From contig JAEUKX010000094.1 in assembly GCA_016794025.1 (NCBI GenBank), forward strand, positions 2,052-66,051: 64,000 nt of DNA, read 5' to 3'. Position 1 is the first letter of the stretch. Each line of letters begins with the position of its first letter. The notes beneath the pieces are model-generated. The model did no database searches. It saw nothing but the letters and a program-made list of their open reading frames with translations, and was not told the origin of the DNA. Positions 8,122 to 18,412 of this stretch are shown here, one piece after another. The DNA is from Rhodospirillales bacterium (GTDB lineage Bacteria > Pseudomonadota > Alphaproteobacteria > CACIAM-22H2). A program made the translations under genes and the position numbers.

Positions 8122-8492
8122 AGGCGGCGGCACCCGCGCTCGCCCTTTTCCTCATCCTCGCCGGCCATGGCCCCGCCGCCGCGGCCGATGCCGCATCGCT
8201 CTATGCGGCGCGGTGCGGCACGTGCCACGCGCTCGACCCGGCGGCGCCCGAAAAGCCCGGCCCCAACCTTGCGGGGCTCGTGGGGCGGCCGGTCGCCGCC
8301 GATCCGCGTTTCGACTATTCGCCGGCGCTGCGCGCCGCGCGCGGCAAGGCGCCGGCCTGGAACGAAACGCGGCTGGCCGAATTTCTTGCCGATCCCGAGG
8401 AGATGTTCCCCGGCCTGTGGATGGGCGCCAACGGCATGCGCGATCCGGGCGAGCGCGCCGAGATCGTGAAGTTCCTGGCGGGCCGGCGCTAG
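8118..8492 (+). CDS. monohaem c-type cytochrome
   Basis: Signal peptide MKAAAPALALFLILAGHGPAAAA and CGTCH haem motif. ATGA overlap with the propeller gene. Confidence 0.85.
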   Translation: MKAAAPALALFLILAGHGPAAAADAASLYAARCGTCHALDPAAPEKPGPNLAGLVGRPVAADPRFDYSPALRAARGKAPAWNETRLAEFLADPEEMFPGLWMGANGMRDPGERAEIVKFLAGRR

Positions 8493-9610
8493 CGCACGCG
8501 CCCGCGTGCCGCAACCGGCCATACGCCGACGAGGCGCCCGCCGGAGACGACGTAGTAATCGTCGTGCAGGTTGATCGTCGTATCGCCGTGGCCGGGGATG
8601 ATCTGGACCTTGTCGCCCAGCCTGGGGCGCGGAGCCGCTTCGGCGCCCGTGCAGCGCAGCCGGCCGTGCTCGTCGCCCGCGAAACCGAACGTCCAGCCCG
8701 GCAGACCCTGCAGTTCGGGTTCGCCGCCGTCGACCGACAGCGCCTTGTAGCCGGCATCGACCACGCAGTGATTCTCGCCCGCCACGCTGACGACGCTCGC
8801 CAGCATGGTCAGCGCGTGCTCGAACGTGCGCAGCGGGCCGCCGTCCTCGCCCTTCGCGTCGCGGTATTCGCGGTCCATGAAGATGTAGCTGCCGCACTGC
8901 CACTCGGTATAGCCGGCCGCCGCGGTCTGGAACGGATACGTGCCCGTGCCGGCACCCGACACGATGCGGCAGGCGAGCTTGGCTTCCGCGAAGGCGGTCC
9001 GGAAGCCCTGCAGGCGCGCGTTGGCGGCATCCGAAGCCGCGCGGCGGGCTTCCCAGCCTTCGGTGTGCTGGATCGAGCCGTGATAGGCCTGCAGCCCGTC
9101 GAAATGCAGGCCGTCGGTGTGCGCGACGATCTTGCCAAGCTCCGCCGCCGCGCGCGGATCGGCAAGGCCGGTGCGCGCATGGCCGAGATCGCAGTCGACA
9201 AGCACGCCGATCGTGACACCCGCCGAACGCGCGGCCTTGCCCAGCCACGCGACCGCCTCGGCATTGTCGGCAACCGTGCGGATCTGCACGAGGCGCGCGA
9301 GACCCGCAAGGCGCGCAAGCTTGATGCGGCCGACGATCTCGTTCGTCACGAGGATGTCGGTGACGCCGCCGGCGACCATCACCTCGGCCTCGCCGACCTT
9401 CTGGCAGCAGATGCCGACGGCACCCGCGGCGATCTGCCGGCGCGCGAAGTTCGGCGATTTGTGTGTCTTGGCGTGCGGGCGCAGCGCGACCCCGGCCGCG
9501 CGCGCGATCCCGGCCATCCGCTCGATGTTGCGCTGGACGGCGTCGATATCGACGACAAGAACGGGCGTATCGAACTCCGCCAGTTCGGTACCCGGCAACG
9601 GCTGGACCAT
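8489..9610 (-). CDS. DSD1-family PLP enzyme (D-threonine aldolase / D-serine dehydratase-like)
   Basis: Alanine-racemase-N fold motif RPHAKTHK (PLP lysine); C-terminal ...IPGHGDTTINLHD pattern of the D-serine dehydratase-like domain. Confidence 0.8.
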   Translation of the reverse strand: MVQPLPGTELAEFDTPVLVVDIDAVQRNIERMAGIARAAGVALRPHAKTHKSPNFARRQIAAGAVGICCQKVGEAEVMVAGGVTDILVTNEIVGRIKLARLAGLARLVQIRTVADNAEAVAWLGKAARSAGVTIGVLVDCDLGHARTGLADPRAAAELGKIVAHTDGLHFDGLQAYHGSIQHTEGWEARRAASDAANARLQGFRTAFAEAKLACRIVSGAGTGTYPFQTAAAGYTEWQCGSYIFMDREYRDAKGEDGGPLRTFEHALTMLASVVSVAGENHCVVDAGYKALSVDGGEPELQGLPGWTFGFAGDEHGRLRCTGAEAAPRPRLGDKVQIIPGHGDTTINLHDDYYVVSGGRLVGVWPVAARGRVR

Positions 9611-9743
9611 GGATCTCCCCGATTCCCCGACGGCCGAAGTCTGCCCCCGCGCGCCCGGCGTTGCCAAGCGGGCGTTGATTCCCCTTCGCGCCTTTGTCAC
9701 ATTGCCGGACACGCATCCCCCCGGCCACGGAGCCCGAAGAACG

Positions 9744-10721
9744 ATGAAAAACGCAGCGCTTGCAGCCCTTCTCGCCGCCGGCCTCGCGGCCCCGGCGATG
9801 GCCCAGAACGCACCGGCCGTCACCTTCGATGTCGGCGGCAAGTTCGACCGCTCCTTCAACCAGGCCGCCTATGACGGGGCGGAGAAGTTCAAGAAGGAAA
9901 CCGGCGTCCAGTACGCCGAATTCGAGGTGCGCAACGCGGCCGAGCGCGAGCAGTCGATCCGCAACCTTGCCCGGCGCGGCGCGTCGGTCGTCGTGGCGGT
10001 GGGCTTCAACAACCGCAGCGCCGTCGAGACGGTGGCGCGCGAATTCCCCAACGTGAAGTTCACGATCATCGACAGCGTCGTGGAACTGCCCAACGTCCAG
10101 TCGGTCGTCTTCCGCGAGCACGAGGGCTCGTTCCTCGTGGGCATGCTCGCCGCGATGGCCAGCAAGTCGGGCAAGGTCGGCTTCGTGGGCGGCATGGACA
10201 TCCCGCTCATCCGCAAGTTCTACAAGGGCTACGAGGAAGGCGCCAAATACGCGAACCCGAAGGCCGACGTGCTGATGAACATGACCGGCACGACGCCTGC
10301 CGCCTTCAACGATCCCACGCGCGGCGCCGAACTGGCGCGCGGCCAGTTCGACCGCGGCGCAGATGTCGTCTATGCGGCGGCCGGCGCCACGGGGCTCGGC
10401 GTCTACCAGGCGGCGAAGGACGCGCGCAAGCTCGCCATCGGCGTCGACAGCAACCAGAACCACCTGCATCCGGGCACGATGCTGTCTTCGATGATCAAGC
10501 GCGTCGATGTGGCCGTCTACAACGCCATGATCGGCGCGCGCAAAGGCACCTGGCAGGCCGGCGTCACCGTCCTGGGTCTCAAGGAAGAGGGCGTGGGCTG
10601 GGCGATCGACGAGTTCAACCGCAAGCTCGTCACGCCCGAGATGGAAAAGAAGGTCAACGAGGCGCGCGAGGCGATCATCGCGGGCAAGATCAAGGTGACC
10701 GACGTCACGGCGCCGCGCTGA
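9744..10721 (+). CDS. BMP-family (PnrA/Med-like) nucleoside ABC substrate-binding protein
   Basis: Signal peptide; FDRSFNQAAYDGAEKF..., GFVGGMDIPLI..., AIGVDSNQ motifs typical of BMP lipoprotein-family binding proteins. Confidence 0.9.
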   Translation: MKNAALAALLAAGLAAPAMAQNAPAVTFDVGGKFDRSFNQAAYDGAEKFKKETGVQYAEFEVRNAAEREQSIRNLARRGASVVVAVGFNNRSAVETVAREFPNVKFTIIDSVVELPNVQSVVFREHEGSFLVGMLAAMASKSGKVGFVGGMDIPLIRKFYKGYEEGAKYANPKADVLMNMTGTTPAAFNDPTRGAELARGQFDRGADVVYAAAGATGLGVYQAAKDARKLAIGVDSNQNHLHPGTMLSSMIKRVDVAVYNAMIGARKGTWQAGVTVLGLKEEGVGWAIDEFNRKLVTPEMEKKVNEAREAIIAGKIKVTDVTAPR

Positions 10722-10731
10722 CGGGCCACGT

Positions 10732-12261
10732 ATGGAAGGCGTGGCGGCCCTCGCCCTTTCGGGCGTCGACAAGCGCTTCGGGGCCGTCCACGCCAACCGC
10801 GCGATCGACCTTTCGGTGGCGCCGGGCTCCATCCACGGCATCGTGGGCGAGAACGGGGCCGGCAAGTCGACGCTGATGGGCGTCGTCTACGGCTATTACC
10901 GGCCCGATGCCGGTTCGATCCGCGTCGACGGGACGCCCGTCGACATCGCCAGCCCCCAGGATGCCATCCGGGCCGGCATCGGCATGGTCCACCAGCACTT
11001 CATGCTGGTCGAGACGTTCACGGTCCTCGAGAACATCCTGCTGGGCGCGGAGGGCGGCGCACTTCTCGCGCGCGGCGAGATCGAGGCGCGCGAGGGTCTT
11101 GCCCGGCTCATGGCGGAATACGCGCTCGACGTCGATCTCGACGCGCGCGTGGCCGACCTCGACGTGGGCGCCCAGCAGCGCGTCGAGATCCTCAAGGCGC
11201 TGTGGCGGGGAGCGCGCATCCTGATCCTCGACGAGCCCACCGCCGTGCTGACGCCGCAGGAGACCGACCGGCTCTTCGCGCTCCTGGCCAAATGGCGCGC
11301 GCAGGGCCGCACGGTGGTGCTGATCACCCACAAGCTGCGCGAGATCCTCGCGATCACCGACCGCGTGACGGTCATGCGCCGCGGCGCGGTCGTCGCAACG
11401 CTCGAGACCGCGCGCACCTCGCAGGACGAGCTTGCCGAGCTGATGGTCGGCCGCCGCGTCCTGCTGCGCGTGGACAAGCGCGCCGCCGTGCCGGGCGCCG
11501 AGATCCTGCGCGCGGAGAACCTCCGCCATGTCGACGTACGCGGCGTCGAACGGCTGCGCGGCGTCTCCTTCGCGGTGCATGCGGGCGAGATCGTCGGCAT
11601 CGCCGGCGTTTCCGGCAACGGGCAGAGCGAACTTGTCGAGACGCTGGCGGGGCTGAAGCCCCTCGCGGGCGGGACCATCGTCTACAAGGGCGCGCGGCTC
11701 GGCCCGCCGGGAACGGCGGATGCCGCGCGCGCGGTGCGCCACGCGCACATCGCGCATGTTCCGGAAGACCGGCTGCGCATGGGGCTCATCGCGTCGTTTG
11801 CCGCACGCGAGAGCGCGATCCTCGGCTATCACGAGGACGGCGAGCTGGGGCCGGGCCCCTTCCTCGATCCCGACGCCACCCGCCGGCGAACGGCCCGGCT
11901 TATGGCGGCGTTCGACGTGCGTCCGCCCCTGCCCGACCTGCGGTCGGGCAGCTTCAGCGGCGGCAACCAGCAGAAGATCGTGCTTGGCCGCGAGATCGAC
12001 CGCGACCCCGACCTGCTGATCGTGGGTCAGCCCACGCGCGGGGTGGATATCGGCGCCATCGAGTTCATCCACCGCCGGCTGGTGGCGCTGCGCGACGCCG
12101 GCAAGGCGATCCTGCTGGTGAGCTGCGAACTCGACGAGATCCTGTCGCTCGCCGACCGCATCCTCGTGATGTTCGACGGGCGCATCGCAGGCGAATTGCC
12201 GCGCGCGGGCGCCGACGAGAAGCACCTCGGCCTGCTGATGGCCGGATCGGCCGCGGCATGA
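10732..12261 (+). CDS. ABC transporter ATP-binding protein, duplicated ATPase (nucleoside/sugar type)
   Basis: Walker [11 protein letters not shown]-loop, Walker B ILILDEPT, second half with FSGGNQQK signature. Confidence 0.95.
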   Translation: MEGVAALALSGVDKRFGAVHANRAIDLSVAPGSIHGIVGENGAGKSTLMGVVYGYYRPDAGSIRVDGTPVDIASPQDAIRAGIGMVHQHFMLVETFTVLENILLGAEGGALLARGEIEAREGLARLMAEYALDVDLDARVADLDVGAQQRVEILKALWRGARILILDEPTAVLTPQETDRLFALLAKWRAQGRTVVLITHKLREILAITDRVTVMRRGAVVATLETARTSQDELAELMVGRRVLLRVDKRAAVPGAEILRAENLRHVDVRGVERLRGVSFAVHAGEIVGIAGVSGNGQSELVETLAGLKPLAGGTIVYKGARLGPPGTADAARAVRHAHIAHVPEDRLRMGLIASFAARESAILGYHEDGELGPGPFLDPDATRRRTARLMAAFDVRPPLPDLRSGSFSGGNQQKIVLGREIDRDPDLLIVGQPTRGVDIGAIEFIHRRLVALRDAGKAILLVSCELDEILSLADRILVMFDGRIAGELPRAGADEKHLGLLMAGSAAA

Positions 12262-13352
12262 CGGGCGACCTGCCGCGCTGGGTCGATTTGGGCCTGCTGC
12301 CGCTCGCCAACCTCGCGGCGGCACTGCTCATCTCCTCGCTCGTCGTGCTGGCGATCGGCATCGACCCGCGCGCGGCACTCGCCATCCTCGTGCACGGCGC
12401 AGTCGGCTATCCGGAAGCATGGGGTTACACGCTCTACTACGCCACCAACTTCGTCTTCACCGGCCTTGCGGTCGCGGTGGCGTTCCATGCGGGCCTGTTC
12501 AACATCGGCGGCGAAGGCCAGGCCTATGTCGCGGGGCTGGGGGCCACGCTCGTCTGCCTCGGGCTCGACGCACTGCCGGGCTTCGTTGTCGTGCCGCTCG
12601 CGATCCTCGCCGCCGCCGCCTTCGGCGCCGCGTGGGGCGCCATACCGGGCTGGCTTCAGGCGCGGCGCGGCAGCCATGTCGTGATCACGACGATCATGTT
12701 CAATTTCCTCGCCGCCGCCCTGATGACGTACCTGCTCTCCAACGTGCTGCTCGATCCGACCTACGGCTCGCCCGAGACGCGCCGGTTCGCGCCGCACGCG
12801 ACGATGTGGACCTTCTCCGAGCTTGCCGCGCGTCTGGGCTTCCAGGCGCCGCGCTCGCCGCTCAACGCCGCGACACTGCTGGCACTCGCCGCTGCAGCCT
12901 TCGTTTGGGTCTATGTCTGGCGCACGCGGGCCGGCTATGCGTTGCGCACCGTGGGTGCGAGCGAACAGGCCGCCCGCTATGCCGGCATCGATCCCGCGCG
13001 CACGGTCATCGTCGCGATGGCGATTTCGGGCGCGCTGGCGGGGCTGATGCCCGTCAACGAGGTGATGGGTTCCCAGCAGCGCATGGTGCTGGCGTTCACG
13101 GGCGGCTACGGCTTCGTGGGCATCGCGGTGGCGCTGATGGGCCGCAACCACCCGGTCGGCGTCTGCCTCGCGGCCCTGCTGTTCGGCGCGCTGTATCAGG
13201 GCGGCAGCGACCTCGCCTTCGAGATCAGCACGATCAACCGCGACCTCGTGATCGTCATCCAGGGCCTCGTGATCCTGTTCTGCGGCGCGCTGGAGAACAT
13301 GTTCCGCCCGGCGCTGGCGGCCTTCTTCTCGCGTGCGAAGGCGCCGGCATGA
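12258..13352 (+). CDS. ABC transporter permease
   Basis: ATGA overlap with the ATPase. Multi-TM sequence [13 protein letters not shown]... typical of the BMP-system permease. Confidence 0.9.
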   Translation: MTGDLPRWVDLGLLPLANLAAALLISSLVVLAIGIDPRAALAILVHGAVGYPEAWGYTLYYATNFVFTGLAVAVAFHAGLFNIGGEGQAYVAGLGATLVCLGLDALPGFVVVPLAILAAAAFGAAWGAIPGWLQARRGSHVVITTIMFNFLAAALMTYLLSNVLLDPTYGSPETRRFAPHATMWTFSELAARLGFQAPRSPLNAATLLALAAAAFVWVYVWRTRAGYALRTVGASEQAARYAGIDPARTVIVAMAISGALAGLMPVNEVMGSQQRMVLAFTGGYGFVGIAVALMGRNHPVGVCLAALLFGALYQGGSDLAFEISTINRDLVIVIQGLVILFCGALENMFRPALAAFFSRAKAPA

Positions 13353-14326
13353 TGGACGACGCGCTCGCGCAGGCGGTCTCGCTCCTCGCCTCGACGCTGC
13401 GGCTGGCCGTGCCCCTCGTGCTCGCGGCACTCGCGGGCCTGTTCGCGGAACGCTCGGGCGTGGTCGATATCGGGCTCGAAGGAAAGATGCTTGCCGCCGC
13501 CTTCGCGTCGGCGGCGGTCGCGCATGTCTCGGGCTCGCCCTGGATGGGCCTGACGGCGGCGGTCGCGGTCTCGTGCGCGCTGGCGGGCGTGCATGCCTAT
13601 GCCTGCGTCACCCAGCGCGGCAACCAGGTCGTCGCGGGCATGGCGATCAACGTGCTGGCGGCGGGCACGACCGTCGTTCTCGCCTATGCGTGGTTCAACG
13701 AGGGCGGAAACACGCCCGCCCTGCCTGATCCCGCGCGGTTCCGGGCGATCGAACTGCCGCTTGCGGCGGCCCTTTCGGGCGTGCCGGTGCTGGGGCGGAT
13801 CTATGCGGGCGTCGTTTCGGGGCACAACATCCTCGTCTACGCGGCGGCAATGCTCGTCCCACTGGTGTCGTTCGTCGTCTTCCGCACGCGCTTCGGCCTG
13901 CGCCTGCGTGCGGTCGGCGAAAATCCGCACGCGGTCGACACGGCCGGCATTTCGGTCTCCTGGCTGCGCTATCGCGCGATGTTCGCCTGCGGCGCGCTGT
14001 GCGGGATCGCAGGTGCGTACCTTTCGACCGCGCAAGGGGCCGCCTTCCAGCGCGAGATGACTGCCGGCCGCGGGTTCCTCGCGCTCGCGGCACTCATCTT
14101 CGGGAAGTGGATGCCCGTGCCCGCCGTCCTTGCCTGCCTGCTGTTCGCCTTTGCCGACGCGCTGCAGGGCCGGCTGCAGGGCGTGGAACTGCCCGGCATC
14201 GGCGTGGTACCCGTGCAGGCGATCCAGGCGATGCCCTACCTGCTGACGGTATTGCTGCTTGCCGGCTTCGTCGGCCGGGCCGTGGCGCCGAAGGCGAGCG
14301 GCGTGCCCTATGCCAAGGAGAAGTAA
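13349..14326 (+). CDS. ABC transporter permease
   Basis: ATGA overlap. [12 protein letters not shown] motif, multi-TM. Confidence 0.9.
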   Translation: MMDDALAQAVSLLASTLRLAVPLVLAALAGLFAERSGVVDIGLEGKMLAAAFASAAVAHVSGSPWMGLTAAVAVSCALAGVHAYACVTQRGNQVVAGMAINVLAAGTTVVLAYAWFNEGGNTPALPDPARFRAIELPLAAALSGVPVLGRIYAGVVSGHNILVYAAAMLVPLVSFVVFRTRFGLRLRAVGENPHAVDTAGISVSWLRYRAMFACGALCGIAGAYLSTAQGAAFQREMTAGRGFLALAALIFGKWMPVPAVLACLLFAFADALQGRLQGVELPGIGVVPVQAIQAMPYLLTVLLLAGFVGRAVAPKASGVPYAKEK

Positions 14327-14328
14327 GC

Positions 14329-15153
14329 GTGACGAGCCCGCTTGAGACGGCCGCCTATCTCAAGGGACGGCTCGGCCCCCGCCAGCCGAAAGTCGGTCTG
14401 GTGCTGGGATCGGGCCTGGGACCGCTCGCCGACCTCGTCGAGGATGCCTGCGCGGTCCCGTTCGCGGAAATCGCGGGGTTCCGCATGGCGAGCGTCGCGG
14501 GTCACGCGGGCCGGCTCGTCGCCGGGCGCCTTGGCGGCGTCGACGTCGCCTGCCTGCAGGGCCGCGTGCATGCCTATGAAGGTGCAAGCGCGGAGGAAAT
14601 CCGCCATCCGGTGCGCACGCTCAAGGCGCTGGGCTGCGACAGGCTGATCCTGACCAATGCCGCCGGCAGCCTTGACCCTGCGCACGACGAAGGCACGCTC
14701 GTGGCGATCCGCGACCACATCAACTGGGCCGGCATCAGCCCGCTTGCGGGGCCCAACGACGAGGACTGGGGGCCGCGCTTCTTCCCCATGACCGACGCCT
14801 ACGATCCCGCAATGCGCGCGGCCCTCGCCGCTGCCGCCGCGCGGCAGGGGATCGCGCTGCCGGAGGGCGTCTATGCGTGGTACCCCGGACCGAATTTCGA
14901 GACGCCGGCCGAGATCCGCGCGCTGCGCATCCTGGGGGCCGATCTCGTGGGCATGTCGACGGTGCCCGAAGTGCTGGTGGCACGCCATTGCGGCCTGCGC
15001 GTCGCGGCAATCAGCGCCGTCACGAACCTTGCGGCAGGCATGCGGCCGGGCCAGCATCTGAGCCACGACCACACACAGGCCGTGGCCGCGCGCATCGGCA
15101 GGGCGATGTCCGCCCTGCTCGTTGCCGCCCTGCCGGAGATCGCCGCCGCATGA
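14329..15153 (+). CDS. punA: purine nucleoside phosphorylase (trimeric PunA/XapA type)
   Basis: GTG start behind AAGGAG. Motifs LGSGLG, GHAGRLV, VGMSTVPEV. Confidence 0.9.
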   Translation: MTSPLETAAYLKGRLGPRQPKVGLVLGSGLGPLADLVEDACAVPFAEIAGFRMASVAGHAGRLVAGRLGGVDVACLQGRVHAYEGASAEEIRHPVRTLKALGCDRLILTNAAGSLDPAHDEGTLVAIRDHINWAGISPLAGPNDEDWGPRFFPMTDAYDPAMRAALAAAAARQGIALPEGVYAWYPGPNFETPAEIRALRILGADLVGMSTVPEVLVARHCGLRVAAISAVTNLAAGMRPGQHLSHDHTQAVAARIGRAMSALLVAALPEIAAA

Positions 15154-15914
15154 CCGATATCGATGTCGCCCGCCGTGCGCTGCCGCTGCTCGACCTGACA
15201 AGCCTCAACGACGGCGACGACGAAGCCTCGACCGAAACGCTCTGTGCACGCGCGCAAACGCCGCGCGGACCGGTCGCGGCGGTCTGCCTGTGGCCGAAGT
15301 TCGTGAAGCAGGCGAAGAAGGCGCTGGCCGAAACGAAGGTGCGCGTCGCGACCGTTGTGAATTTCCCGACGGGCAGCGAACCGCGCCCCGAGGTGCTGGC
15401 CGCCGTGCGCCGCGCGATCGGCGACGGTGCGGACGAGATCGATCTTGTCTTCCCTTATGTCGAATGGCTGCGTGGCGAGAAAGTGAAAGCGGCGACCACG
15501 GTGGCGGCCGCCAAGGCGATCTGCGGGCCGAAGATCCCCCTGAAGGTGATCCTCGAAAGCGGCCATTTCACGGACATGGCGAAGCTTATGGGCGCGTGCG
15601 CCGAGGTGATCGACGCGGGCGGCGACATGCTGAAGACCTCGACCGGCAAGATCGAAGCCGGCGCCTCGCCCGAGGCCGCGCGCGTGCTGCTCGAGGCTTC
15701 GCGCAAGGCCAACCGCGAGATCGGCGTCAAGATTTCGGGCGGCGTGCGCACGGTCGCGGACGCCCGCCTCTATTTGTCGCTGGCCGACAGCATCCGCGGC
15801 GCGAGCTGGGTGCGGCCGGAGACGTTCCGCTTCGGCGCTTCGGGCCTGCTCGATGCGTTGCTGGCCGCACTCGGTGCCGGTCCGGTTGCCGGGGAGCCCG
15901 CAAAGGGCTACTGA
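15150..15914 (+). CDS. deoC: deoxyribose-phosphate aldolase
   Basis: ATGA overlap. ...DEIDLVFPY..., DMLKTSTGK (Schiff-base Lys), KISGGVRT. Confidence 0.9.
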   Translation: MTDIDVARRALPLLDLTSLNDGDDEASTETLCARAQTPRGPVAAVCLWPKFVKQAKKALAETKVRVATVVNFPTGSEPRPEVLAAVRRAIGDGADEIDLVFPYVEWLRGEKVKAATTVAAAKAICGPKIPLKVILESGHFTDMAKLMGACAEVIDAGGDMLKTSTGKIEAGASPEAARVLLEASRKANREIGVKISGGVRTVADARLYLSLADSIRGASWVRPETFRFGASGLLDALLAALGAGPVAGEPAKGY

Positions 15915-15923
15915 AATGACACC

Positions 15924-17240
15924 ATGCTGCCGCAGGAACTGATCCGCAGGAAGCGCGACGCAAAGCGCCTGTCCGACGGCGAGATCGCCGCACTCGTGGC
16001 CGGCATCGCCGATGGCCACGGCCTTGCCGACGCGCAGGTGGGCGCGCTTGCCATGGCGATGTTCCTCAACGGCCTCGACCATCTGGAATGCGTGGCGCTC
16101 ACCCGCGCGATGACGGCCTCGGGCGACGTGCTGTCGTGGAAGGAGGACGGCCTGCCCGGCCCCGTCGTCGACAAGCATTCGACCGGCGGCATCGGCGACA
16201 AGACAAGCCTGATGCTCGCCCCCTGGGTCGCCGCGTGCGGCGGCTTCGTGCCGATGATCTCGGGCCGCGGGCTGGGGCACACGGGCGGCACGCTCGACAA
16301 GCTCGAAAGCATTCCCGGCTACGACGCGACGCCCGACAACGCGCGCTTCCGCCGCACGGTGCGCGAGGCGGGTTGCGCGATCATCGGGCAGACCGCGAAC
16401 CTGGCGCCGGCCGACCGGCGCCTCTACGCGATCCGCGACGTGACGGCCACGGTGGAATCGATCGGCCTCATCACGGCTTCGATCCTTTCGAAGAAGCTGG
16501 CGGCCGGGCTCGACGCGCTGGTGATGGACGTGAAATTCGGCTCGGGCGCCTTCATGGCGGAATATGCGCGCGCGCGCGATCTCGCGCGTTCGATCGTCGA
16601 TGTCGCGGCAGGCGCCGGCCTCAAGACCCGCGCGCTGCTGACCGACATGGACAGCCCGCTCGGCACGACGGCAGGCAATGCGCTGGAAGTGCGCGAAGCG
16701 GTCGACTTCCTGGCCGGACGGCACGAGACGCGGCTTTACGACTGCACCAGGGCGCTGGCGATCGAGATGCTCGACCTTTCCGGCATCGCGCCGCGCGCGG
16801 CAGCCGGCACCAGGCTCGACGCGGTCCTCGCCTCCGGTGCGGCTGCGGAGCGTTTCGCGCGGATGGTGGCAGCCCATGGCGGCCCGAAGGATTTCGTCGA
16901 GCGCACCTACATCTACCTGCCCCGTGCCCCCATCGTGCGCGCGATCCCGGCACCGCGACAGGGCTACGTGTGCGCGATCGCCACGCGCGCCGTTGGGCTC
17001 GCCGTGCTCGAACTTGGCGGCGGGCGCACCGATCCTGCCGCCGCGATCGATCATGCCGTGGGCTTCGTCGAGATCGCGCCGCTCGGTGCGAATGTCGGGC
17101 CTGACCGGCCGCTCGCGGTCATGCACGCGCGCGACGAAGCGGGTGCGGCACGCGCCGGACGCACGCTTGCGGCGGCCTATGAAATATCCGATGCGCCCCC
17201 GCCCGCATCGCCCGTGGTCCGCGAAATGCTGGGAGCCTGA
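15924..17240 (+). CDS. deoA: thymidine phosphorylase
   Basis: DKHSTGGIGDK and SGRGLGHTGGTLDKLESIPGY signatures. Confidence 0.95.
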   Translation: MLPQELIRRKRDAKRLSDGEIAALVAGIADGHGLADAQVGALAMAMFLNGLDHLECVALTRAMTASGDVLSWKEDGLPGPVVDKHSTGGIGDKTSLMLAPWVAACGGFVPMISGRGLGHTGGTLDKLESIPGYDATPDNARFRRTVREAGCAIIGQTANLAPADRRLYAIRDVTATVESIGLITASILSKKLAAGLDALVMDVKFGSGAFMAEYARARDLARSIVDVAAGAGLKTRALLTDMDSPLGTTAGNALEVREAVDFLAGRHETRLYDCTRALAIEMLDLSGIAPRAAAGTRLDAVLASGAAAERFARMVAAHGGPKDFVERTYIYLPRAPIVRAIPAPRQGYVCAIATRAVGLAVLELGGGRTDPAAAIDHAVGFVEIAPLGANVGPDRPLAVMHARDEAGAARAGRTLAAAYEISDAPPPASPVVREMLGA

Positions 17241-17242
17241 GC

Positions 17243-18412
17243 ATGGCCCGCGCCTTCGTCCTCGTGATGGACTCCTTCGGCATCGGGGCGGCGCCCGATG
17301 CCGCCCGCTTCGGCGACGCCGGCGCCGACACCTGGGGCAGCATCCGCCGGCTGGAAGCGCCGCACGTGCCCAATCTCGTCCGGCTCGGCCTCAACGCCGC
17401 GCATGCCCTGGCCACCGGCGCGTCCCCGCCCGGACGGGCGCCGGAGGGCTGGTATGGCGCCGCGCGCGAGATCTCGCACGGCAAGGACACGCCGTCGGGC
17501 CACTGGGAGATGGCGGGCGTTCCCGTCACCTTCGACTGGGGCTATTTCCCCGAGACGGTGCCGACCTTCCCGGCAGCGCTCACCGATGCGCTTGTATCGA
17601 AGGCGAAGCTGCCGGGCGTCATCGGCAACAGGCACGCTTCGGGCACCGTCATCCTCGACGAGCTGGGCGTCGAACACATCGCGACGGGCAAGCCCATCGT
17701 CTACACGTCGGCCGACAGCGTGTTCCAGATCGCCGCGCACGAGACGCATTTCGGACTCGAACGGCTCCACGAAACCTGCCGCATCGCTTTCGACCTCGTC
17801 GGGCCCTACCGGATCGGCCGCGTCATCGCCCGCCCGTTCACGGGCGAGAAGCCCGGCGAGTTCCGCCGCACGGCCAACCGCAAGGACTACGCGATCCCGC
17901 CGCCGGAGCCCACGCTGCTCGAACGCTTGGTCGAGGCCGGCCGCGAGACGATCGCCATCGGAAAGATCGGCGACATCTTCGCGCACAAGGGCACGAAGCG
18001 CGAGGTGAAGGCCGACGGCAACATGGCCCTGATGGACGAGACGATGACGGCGCTGGCCTCGGCCCCCGACGGCAGCCTGACGATGACCAACTTCGTCGAT
18101 TTCGACCAGCTCTACGGCCATCGCCGCGATCCGGGCGGCTATGCCAGGGCGCTTGCCGCGTTCGACGCGCGTCTTCCCGCCTTTCGCGAAGCGATGCGGC
18201 CCGGCGACGTTGCCGTGATCACGGCCGATCACGGCTGCGATCCCACGTGGAAGGGGACAGACCACACGCGCGAGCACGTGCCCGTGCTGTGGTTCGGCCC
18301 CGGCATCGGCGGGCGCGATCTCGGCGTGCGGGCAAGCTTCGCCGACATCGGCCAGTCGCTCGCCCGCCATCTCGCCCTGCCCGCGCTCGCGCACGGGACA
18401 AGTTTCGTCTAG
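17243..18412 (+). CDS. deoB: phosphopentomutase
   Basis: VMDSFGIGAAPDA N-terminus, ...TNFVDFDQLYGHRRD..., TADHGCDPT metal-binding motif. Confidence 0.95.
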   Translation: MARAFVLVMDSFGIGAAPDAARFGDAGADTWGSIRRLEAPHVPNLVRLGLNAAHALATGASPPGRAPEGWYGAAREISHGKDTPSGHWEMAGVPVTFDWGYFPETVPTFPAALTDALVSKAKLPGVIGNRHASGTVILDELGVEHIATGKPIVYTSADSVFQIAAHETHFGLERLHETCRIAFDLVGPYRIGRVIARPFTGEKPGEFRRTANRKDYAIPPPEPTLLERLVEAGRETIAIGKIGDIFAHKGTKREVKADGNMALMDETMTALASAPDGSLTMTNFVDFDQLYGHRRDPGGYARALAAFDARLPAFREAMRPGDVAVITADHGCDPTWKGTDHTREHVPVLWFGPGIGGRDLGVRASFADIGQSLARHLALPALAHGTSFV

